From assembly GCA_046154185.1 (NCBI GenBank), contig JBJXGE010000003.1, positions 21,144-85,143 on the forward strand: DNA of 64,000 nt, in the 5' to 3' direction. How positions within the stretch are numbered: position 1 is the stretch's first letter; the number at the start of each line of letters is the position of its first letter. The notes beneath the pieces were generated by a model. It worked only from the letters and a program-made list of their open reading frames with translations, searched no databases and was not told the origin of the DNA. The DNA is from Planctomycetota bacterium. Lineage in GTDB: Bacteria; Planctomycetota; UBA8108; UBA1146; JAJFFE01. The position numbers and the translations under genes were made by a program. Below, piece after piece: positions 57,194 to 64,000 of the stretch.

Positions 57194-60100
57194 ATGCGCC
57201 GTATGCCATCACGGTTCGGGCTCTTGTCGGTCATTTTGATCGCGCTGAATGTGGTGGGATTATTTTGGATTCGCGATGCGCTATTGCATGCGCACCGGCC
57301 TCGCTTTCGCGTCTTGGCAGCTTCACCCGCGCGACAAGTCGATGACGCAGATCGATTCGAATTGCGCTTCGACGCGCCGGTCGCGCGACCGTCGGAGATC
57401 GGCGAGCGTCCTGCGCGCGCGCTGTTCGAGATCGAGCCGGAGCCGGCCGGCCACTGGCGGTGGGCGGAAGCCGATCGGCTCGAGTACCTGCTCGAGAATC
57501 GCCTCCCGCTTGGGCGCGAGTATGTCATTCGGCCAGCCGCGCATCTCGAAGCGGAAACAGGCCGCATTCTTGTTGGCACCTCCGAGTTTCGTTTCCGCAC
57601 GAGCGCGCTCGAGTTGCGGTCGTGCGAAGTGCGGTCGTCGGATCACGTGTACGTGCGACTGGAGCTGCGATTCAACCAGCTCGTCGATCCAGTGGCGCTC
57701 CTACGCCACCTCGAGGTCTACGACGGCGGTGACATATCGGGCGCGAACGTGCGCCATCATAAAGGCAAGATCGAAATCCACTCCCTCACACAAGCGCCGG
57801 CGCTCGACATCGTCGTACGCGTGAACCGTCCGCAATCGCATCGCCTCGTCGTGAAAGTGCTCCGCGACCTAACCGGCCATGGCGCACACCTCGGACTCGT
57901 CGAGACCAGCGTGCAAACTCTCGATGTGCTGCGCGATTTCAGGTTGGAAAACGCCTACGTGCCGACGCCCGGTGCCGACGATGCGGTGGAGGTGAGACTC
58001 CAATTTTCGGCGTTCTTCAGCGAAAAAGTCGACCCGCCCACTGTTGAAGTGCGTCCTCAAGTCGCCGATCTCCGCGTGCGCCGAAGCGGATCCGAACTCT
58101 GTCTCACGGGCGCATTCCAGTGCGGCGCGCGTTACACCGCAATCGTTGATCGCAACGCCGTGTCGGCGGACGGCCGACCGCTCGGTCGAGAACAGACCAT
58201 TGCGTTCAACATTCCTGACCGGGCACCCACGGTGGATCTCGCGGTGCGGCACGGCATCTTGATGCCGACCGGCAATCTCTCGCTCGATCTGCGACTCGTC
58301 AATGTCGCCGCGCTCGGGCTCGAGGCCTGGCGTCTCTACGAGAACAATCTCGTCGCGCATCTGCAAGGCAACGCGCGCGACGAGACTTCGCGGCAGGTCA
58401 TGCATCGAACGATTGCGCTCGGTCTCCAACGCAATGTGCCAAGCACGGTCGCGATCGACTTGCGTCAGTTGCTCGGCGAAGTGCCGACCGGAGTGTATGC
58501 ACTGACGGCGCGCGCGAGGAATCGCCATTGGGCGAGGGACGATGCGGTCGTCGCCGTGACGGACATCGCGCTGACGACGAAGCGCGAACGCGACGGCTAC
58601 TTGGTCTGGGCCACATCGCTCGCGACCGCCGCGCCGATCGCGAACGCGACGATCTCCGCACTCACCTATACCAACCAAGTGATCGCGACTGCGACGACGG
58701 CCGCCGACGGCGTCGCTCGGCTGCGCGTGCCAAAGAACTCCGCGGACGACCACGTGTGGTTGATCGCGGCGCGTCTCGCGGAGGATCTCAGCTTCATTCA
58801 ACCGGACCGCCGGCCCTGGGTTTCCGACGCGGTCGAGCAGTCCGGTCGTTCCTCGCCGACGGCTTACGATGTTGCGCTCTTCACGGAACGCGGCGTTTAC
58901 CGCCCGGGCGATGTCATCCATCTCAGTGGGATCGTCCGCGAACCCGACGGCGCGCTGCCGCCCGCGCTGCCGTTGACGATCCGCGTGTTGCGTCCGGACG
59001 GCAAGGCCGCGCACGAATTGCCAGTCGATGCCAGGCCCGACCAACAAGGGTTTTTCACGATCGCCATTCCGACGACGACCGACTCGCGCACCGGACCCTA
59101 CCGTTTCGTTGCGAGTGTGCGCGGCGCCGAGGCGGCGCTCGGCGAAACTTCGGCGCTCGTCGAGGCCTTTGTGACAGTGCGCATCGAACTCGACGCCGCG
59201 ATGTCGCAAGAAAAATACTGCTACGGCGAAGGCCCGCCGACGCTCGCGGTCGCTGGTCGCTACTTATTTGGTCAACCGGCTGCCGATCTCCAGCTCGCCG
59301 TGCCTGGCACCTACGCGTGGCGAAGGTATGAATCGCGGCGTTTCCCCGAGTATCAGTTCGACGATGCGACGCGTTGCGCGCACGGCCAATTGACAACGAT
59401 CGAGACGCGCCTCGACAAGGATGGCGCTGCCACCGTCGCGTTGTCGCTGCCGCCGCAACTCGCGGCCGGCGTGTGGCAAGCTTCGCTCACTGCAACGGTG
59501 ACGGAGGCCGGCGGGCGCTCGGTGTCACGCCATTGCGTGACGACGATCGATACCGCCGAATATCACATCGGCCTGCGCATTCCCAAACACACGTTCGCGC
59601 CCGTTGGCTTGCCGATCGACATTCCTTGGGTCGTTGTGACTTCAAACGATGCGCCCGCCGAGTCGACGAAGTTGGCTTTCGAGTTGACGCGCGTCGAGTT
59701 CGAGTCTGTGCTCGAGGAAGTACAACGCAAACTGAAATGGAAATCGGTCGAGCGATTGGTGCCGATCCAAGAGTTTGAGTTCGCTCAATCCGCGTCGGGA
59801 TCGATCTCCATCGCCTGTCCGTCCGCTGGTTACTATCGCCTCACAGCGGTCGAACAGCGCACGGGTCAACGCGCGCGCGTCGAGTTTTATGCTGCGAGTC
59901 AAAGTCACGACATACAGAGCTTTTCGCTGGCAGAACCGGAACGGCTCGAGATCTTGTGCGATCAAGAGCGATATCGTCCGGGCGAGCTGGCGAACATCGT
60001 CGTGCGGGCGCCGAGTGCGGGGACGATGCTGTTGACGATCGAGTCCGATCACGTCGTCGAGCATCGCGTAGTCACGATGACAACGAACACGGCGACCGTT

Positions 60101-62599
60101 TGCATGCCGGTGGACACGGCTCTTCGCGGCAGCGCGTTCATCAGTGCGACGGTCGTCCGAGCCGTCGATCCCAAGCAAGGAAGTTGGCTACCGCATCGAA
60201 GTCGCGGAATGGCGCGATTGCGAATCGATCACAGCGACGCGCGGCCGGAGCTGGTGATTCGTGCGCCGAGCCGCGTCGAACCCGGCGCGCGCATTCGGGT
60301 GGAAGTCGAGGCTCCGGCGGCCAAATCATCGACGCGCGCGGCGGTTGTGCAGCTGTGGGCGGTCGACGAAGGAATCCTGCTGACGACAGACTATCGCACG
60401 CCGGATCCTGGCGCGCATTTCTTTGCGCCGCGCAAATCCGAGATCGCGTCGGCCGACCTGTTCAGTGAATTGCTACCGGATCATCTTCGGCCCGAGAGCA
60501 TGGCGCGAATCGGTGCGGATCGCGGGGCTGCGGAGACGTTGCGGCGCGGTACCGGCAACGACCGCCAACGCCGCGAGTCTGCCGTGATTTGGTGTGAGCT
60601 CGCGACTCTCGACGCCGAGGGCTGCGCCGCCTTCGATCTCGAGTTGCCGAACATGACTGGCCGCCTGCGCGTCATGGCCGTGTTCGTCGATCAGGACACG
60701 TACGCATCCGCCGAGCACGACGTCACGCTGAGCGCGCCACTCCTTGTCGAAGCGAGTTGGCCGCGCTATCTGGTGACCGGAGATTCCTTTCAAGCGCCGG
60801 TGAAGCTTTTCAATTCGACGGACTCCGTGCTCGAAGCTGAACTAGAGTTCGACTTCACAGGTCCGCTCGAGATCAAGGTACCGACATCGGCTCGACGGGT
60901 CCGCGTCGCACCCAACGAGCCGGCCGTTGTTTGGCTCGACGCGCGGGCCGTCGGCATTGGACCCGCGACCGTGCGAGTTCGGGCGGTCGCGGAAGCAAAC
61001 GCAACGCATCCCGAGTTTGTCGCCGTCGCCGAGACGGACTTGCCGGTGCGAAGCGCTGCAGTCTTGCATAGCGAAGTTGAGTTGCTGCGACTCCGCGCCG
61101 GCGAGTCGCGGCGATTTGCGGCTTCGAGCGCGTTTCTACCCGCGGGTTCAGGGCGCGTGACGCTTTCCATCAGCACGGAGCCACAAGTCGAACTGTTGCC
61201 GGCGATCACGCAGCTGCTCGACTACCCGTATGGCTGTCTCGAGCAGACGACGAGCCGCTTGCTTGCGATTTTGCACGCGCCGAAGCTGCTCGATCGCGCT
61301 TTGCCAGGCGATGCCCGTGTTGATTCGGCCGGGAAAAAGATCGAGTCGGGGATTGATCGGCTGTGGTCTATGCAAACGCGAGACGGTGGGCTCGGCTATT
61401 GGCCCGGCGATAACAATTCGCATCTGTGGGGGACGGCGTATGCGGCGGAGTTTCTCGCGCGCGCGAGCCACGAGCAGTTCACGATCGAGCCGCGCTTTCT
61501 CGACGACTTGCTCAAATACCTGAAGCTCGAACTCGACAGACGCAATGACAACGACGCCGACGTCGTCGATGCGAACCTGCGTGCGCATCTGTGCTACGTC
61601 CTCGCCGCATTCGACATGCCGCCCGTCGCGTGGCTGGAACGGCTCGCCGAGCAGGTGGCCGAACTCGATATCGCCGGGCGCGCACACCTTGCGGGCGCAT
61701 TCGCGGCGAGCGGCCGCGCCGATCGCGCCATCGCGATTTTGCCAACTGGGACGATCAACACGGTCGTCGGAACGACAACGAGCGGCCGCATTACTTCGCA
61801 AGTGCAACAAGAGGCGGCGTTGCTGCACGTGTTGCTCGACATCGATGTTCAGCATGTCTGGATCCCGCGACTCGTCGAACGGCTCTATGCGGCGCGCAAG
61901 AACGGCTGGTGGGGGACGACACTCGCGACTGCGACGGCGATGGCGGCGCTCGCGCGTTACCAGTTGTCTACTCCACGCATTGCGAGCGAGTTTACCGGCG
62001 AAGTTGTGGCGCGCGGCGGACGCACCGAGCGCTTTGATCATCGCGCGGCGGCGCACTTGGGCTTCGACTTCAACGACTTGCCACTTGAACTCAAGTCGGC
62101 GGGAAGTGGCACGCTTTACGTCGTCGCAGCTATTGAAGGGGATGGGACCCCGGAGCTCGCGGCGCCGTTCGACCGCAACTTTGCGGTGCGCCGGCATTGG
62201 CGCGCGCGCAATGGCGCAGTCATCGATCCCGGGAAACTCCGCATTGGCGACCTCGTTGACGTCGAGATTGAAGTCAAGGCGACGGCCCGACCGGATCTTC
62301 GCGGCGTCGACAACATCGCAATTGTCGATCTACTGCCGGCCGGGCTCGAAGTCGTGAACCCGCGTCTAGCGAGTTCCGGGATGGCCACGCACTCGGTAGC
62401 GCGCGCTGATTGCGTCGAGTTCCTCGAAGATCGTGTGGTCATCTTCGCTTCCGAGGTCGGCGCGAGTTCGACGTTTCGCTATGCGTTACGCGCCACCGCG
62501 GTGGGCTCGTTCGCAGTGCCGCTAGTGACGGCTTCGTGCATGTACGATCCGGTCATCGCGTCGGCGCACGGCGCCGGTCGCGTGGAGGTTGCACCATGA
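57194..62599 (+). CDS. yfhM: Bacterial alpha-2-macroglobulin family protein (YfhM/ECAM-like), membrane-anchored
   Basis: About 1800 aa. MG domains. Thioester motif LDYPYGCLEQTTSRLLAI (CLEQ). Start at ATG 57194 with GAGGGGA SD (track 57173). Stop overlaps the pbpC start as ATGA. Confidence 0.9.
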   Translation: MRRMPSRFGLLSVILIALNVVGLFWIRDALLHAHRPRFRVLAASPARQVDDADRFELRFDAPVARPSEIGERPARALFEIEPEPAGHWRWAEADRLEYLLENRLPLGREYVIRPAAHLEAETGRILVGTSEFRFRTSALELRSCEVRSSDHVYVRLELRFNQLVDPVALLRHLEVYDGGDISGANVRHHKGKIEIHSLTQAPALDIVVRVNRPQSHRLVVKVLRDLTGHGAHLGLVETSVQTLDVLRDFRLENAYVPTPGADDAVEVRLQFSAFFSEKVDPPTVEVRPQVADLRVRRSGSELCLTGAFQCGARYTAIVDRNAVSADGRPLGREQTIAFNIPDRAPTVDLAVRHGILMPTGNLSLDLRLVNVAALGLEAWRLYENNLVAHLQGNARDETSRQVMHRTIALGLQRNVPSTVAIDLRQLLGEVPTGVYALTARARNRHWARDDAVVAVTDIALTTKRERDGYLVWATSLATAAPIANATISALTYTNQVIATATTAADGVARLRVPKNSADDHVWLIAARLAEDLSFIQPDRRPWVSDAVEQSGRSSPTAYDVALFTERGVYRPGDVIHLSGIVREPDGALPPALPLTIRVLRPDGKAAHELPVDARPDQQGFFTIAIPTTTDSRTGPYRFVASVRGAEAALGETSALVEAFVTVRIELDAAMSQEKYCYGEGPPTLAVAGRYLFGQPAADLQLAVPGTYAWRRYESRRFPEYQFDDATRCAHGQLTTIETRLDKDGAATVALSLPPQLAAGVWQASLTATVTEAGGRSVSRHCVTTIDTAEYHIGLRIPKHTFAPVGLPIDIPWVVVTSNDAPAESTKLAFELTRVEFESVLEEVQRKLKWKSVERLVPIQEFEFAQSASGSISIACPSAGYYRLTAVEQRTGQRARVEFYAASQSHDIQSFSLAEPERLEILCDQERYRPGELANIVVRAPSAGTMLLTIESDHVVEHRVVTMTTNTATVCMPVDTALRGSAFISATVVRAVDPKQGSWLPHRSRGMARLRIDHSDARPELVIRAPSRVEPGARIRVEVEAPAAKSSTRAAVVQLWAVDEGILLTTDYRTPDPGAHFFAPRKSEIASADLFSELLPDHLRPESMARIGADRGAAETLRRGTGNDRQRRESAVIWCELATLDAEGCAAFDLELPNMTGRLRVMAVFVDQDTYASAEHDVTLSAPLLVEASWPRYLVTGDSFQAPVKLFNSTDSVLEAELEFDFTGPLEIKVPTSARRVRVAPNEPAVVWLDARAVGIGPATVRVRAVAEANATHPEFVAVAETDLPVRSAAVLHSEVELLRLRAGESRRFAASSAFLPAGSGRVTLSISTEPQVELLPAITQLLDYPYGCLEQTTSRLLAILHAPKLLDRALPGDARVDSAGKKIESGIDRLWSMQTRDGGLGYWPGDNNSHLWGTAYAAEFLARASHEQFTIEPRFLDDLLKYLKLELDRRNDNDADVVDANLRAHLCYVLAAFDMPPVAWLERLAEQVAELDIAGRAHLAGAFAASGRADRAIAILPTGTINTVVGTTTSGRITSQVQQEAALLHVLLDIDVQHVWIPRLVERLYAARKNGWWGTTLATATAMAALARYQLSTPRIASEFTGEVVARGGRTERFDHRAAAHLGFDFNDLPLELKSAGSGTLYVVAAIEGDGTPELAAPFDRNFAVRRHWRARNGAVIDPGKLRIGDLVDVEIEVKATARPDLRGVDNIAIVDLLPAGLEVVNPRLASSGMATHSVARADCVEFLEDRVVIFASEVGASSTFRYALRATAVGSFAVPLVTASCMYDPVIASAHGAGRVEVAP

Positions 62600-64000
62600 A
62601 GCGCAGATTGCTACGGCGGTTGTTTTGGCGCTGGCGCTATCGACTCGGTCTCGCGGTGTTGGCGTTCGTTACGATTTGCTGCGGAATCTTCGCCTTGGCG
62701 TGGTTTCTGTTGCCGTTTCCGTATAGCACGCTTGAGAACTGGCCGACGAGTCCGTTGGTCACCGATCGCCATTCGACACCGCTTCTCGAGCGGGTCGGGA
62801 CTGACGATCAATGGCGCATTCCAGTTGCGCTTTCGCAGATGTCGCCCTGGCTCATCCAAGCGACGGTGGCCGTCGAAGACGAGCGGTTTTTCTCGCACTG
62901 CGGCGTCGATCCGTTCGCGGTCGTTCGTGCGATGGGGCAGAACTTGCGTAGGCTTCGTGTTGTGTCGGGCGCGAGCACCCTCACCATGCAAGTGGCGCGT
63001 ATGCTCGGTGGGCGTCCGCGCACGCTGCGCGCGAAAGTTTTCGAGTCGTTCCGCGCGCTCCAGTTGGAGTCCGGACGCGATAAGGAGACCATCATTGAGG
63101 CGTATCTGAATCTCGCGCCTTACGGTGGAAACCTGCGTGGCGTCGAGGCGGCGTCGCTCGCGTATTTTGGTCAGCATGCGGCAAACCTATCGCTGGCAGA
63201 AGCGGCGCTCATCGCAGGATTGCCGCAGTCGCCGGCGCGCTTGCGACCCGACCGCCACCCGCAGGCGGCGCGCGCACGCCGCGCGACCGTGCTGCGACGC
63301 ATGTGTGAGCTCGGCTATATCACGTCCGAAGCGCGCGCGCGCGCCGCGGCGGAACCGATCGCACTCGTGCGGCGACTCAATCTCAGCAGCACGGCGTCTC
63401 ACGTCGCGAGCATGGCGATGGAACGACGGCCGGCGGGTGGAGTGACAACGATCGACCTGCCACTCCAGAACTGCGTCTTGCGCGAGATCGAGACGCACGC
63501 CGCAAACTGGCCGCCCGAGAGCGATGCGGCGGTCGTTGTTATCGACATCGAGCGCAGCGAACTCGTTGTCGTCATCGGTTCCATCGATCATCTCGATGCG
63601 CGCGACGGGCAAGTGAATGGCGCGACCGCGCGGCGCAGCCCCGGCTCGACACTCAAGCCGTTCGTCTACGCCGCGGCATTCGAGAGCGGTCGGCTGAACG
63701 CGGAATCACACGTCTATGATGTCCCGATCGAGCGCGCCGGTTGGTCGCCGCAGAACTTCGATCGCAGTTTCGCCGGTGTCGTCACTGTCACGGAGGCGCT
63801 CGAGCGATCGATGAACGTGCCGGCGATTCTTTGCGCGGAACAAGTTGGACTTGCGCGCTGCTTGGGCGTGATCGAGGCGGTTGGCATCCGCTTGCGCGCC
63901 GACGCCGAGACGCGCGCCGGCCTCGCGGCGATCGTCGGCGCCACAGAAGTGTCGCTCGTCGATCTCACGAACGGCTACGCGACGCTCGGCCGTGGCGGCG
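62596..64000 (+). CDS. pbpC: Penicillin-binding protein 1C (transglycosylase/transpeptidase), 5' portion (continues beyond window)
   Basis: My own translation from ATG at 62596: TM anchor, glycosyltransferase motifs (EDERFFSHCGVDP, RVVSGASTLTMQ), transpeptidase SxxK (RSPGSTLKPF) and SxN (SMNVPA). Not in the ORF track because it is open-ended. Confidence 0.9.
   Translation, partial: MKRRLLRRLFWRWRYRLGLAVLAFVTICCGIFALAWFLLPFPYSTLENWPTSPLVTDRHSTPLLERVGTDDQWRIPVALSQMSPWLIQATVAVEDERFFSHCGVDPFAVVRAMGQNLRRLRVVSGASTLTMQVARMLGGRPRTLRAKVFESFRALQLESGRDKETIIEAYLNLAPYGGNLRGVEAASLAYFGQHAANLSLAEAALIAGLPQSPARLRPDRHPQAARARRATVLRRMCELGYITSEARARAAAEPIALVRRLNLSSTASHVASMAMERRPAGGVTTIDLPLQNCVLREIETHAANWPPESDAAVVVIDIERSELVVVIGSIDHLDARDGQVNGATARRSPGSTLKPFVYAAAFESGRLNAESHVYDVPIERAGWSPQNFDRSFAGVVTVTEALERSMNVPAILCAEQVGLARCLGVIEAVGIRLRADAETRAGLAAIVGATEVSLVDLTNGYATLGRGG

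Noticed and set aside
1-64000. tRNA/rRNA genes and transposase/integrase genes
   Set aside because: No cloverleaf-like GGTTCGAATCC-type T-arm or transposase/integrase motifs were seen in intergenic regions. A tRNAscan and an ISfinder search would be definitive.

Overview
This 64-kb window is high-GC (about 68%) and gene-dense, and looks like chromosomal DNA from a Gram-negative, possibly planctomycete- or myxobacteria-like, organism. No rRNA, tRNA, CRISPR array, transposase or integrase was seen by eye.

Recognisable content:
- Two paralogous heavy-metal RND efflux operons (outer-membrane factor, adaptor, pump), one of them cut by the window start.
- rpoN (sigma-54).
- Two ECF sigma / zf-HC2 anti-sigma pairs with overlapping start and stop codons.
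- selB, rluB, an NRDE (TANGO2-like) gene, a TPM-domain pair, an HxlR regulator divergent from a glutaredoxin-like gene, and the alpha-2-macroglobulin / PBP1C pair.

The most unusual feature is a family of seven secreted proteins between 14062 and 56454. They share a roughly 85-aa module: two dockerin-like Ca-binding loops, each followed by a helix, then a Pro-rich linker and a three-Cys tail. The module sits at the extreme C-terminus in six proteins and directly after the signal peptide in the seventh. The attached domains differ completely: an M14 carboxypeptidase, a BNR sialidase-like protein, an FG-GAP/IPT beta-propeller, a LamG-like domain, FN3-like repeats, and a 1420-aa Ig-like giant. 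I read this as a candidate surface-display, dockerin-style or sorting module for which no cohesin partner is visible in the window.

Other notable points:
- A 3'-truncated Ser/Thr kinase ends exactly at a perfect 19-bp inverted repeat.
- A 31-bp tandem repeat is present in four copies.
- An 11-1-11 palindromic operator-like site lies in front of a redoxin gene.
- A roughly 2.2-kb lower-GC islet carries a protein with caspase/CHAT-like His and Cys motifs.

Many long antisense ORFs in the supplied track are GC-driven artefacts and were not called. In the ORF track, M also stands for GTG and TTG starts; I re-derived starts from the sequence where possible.
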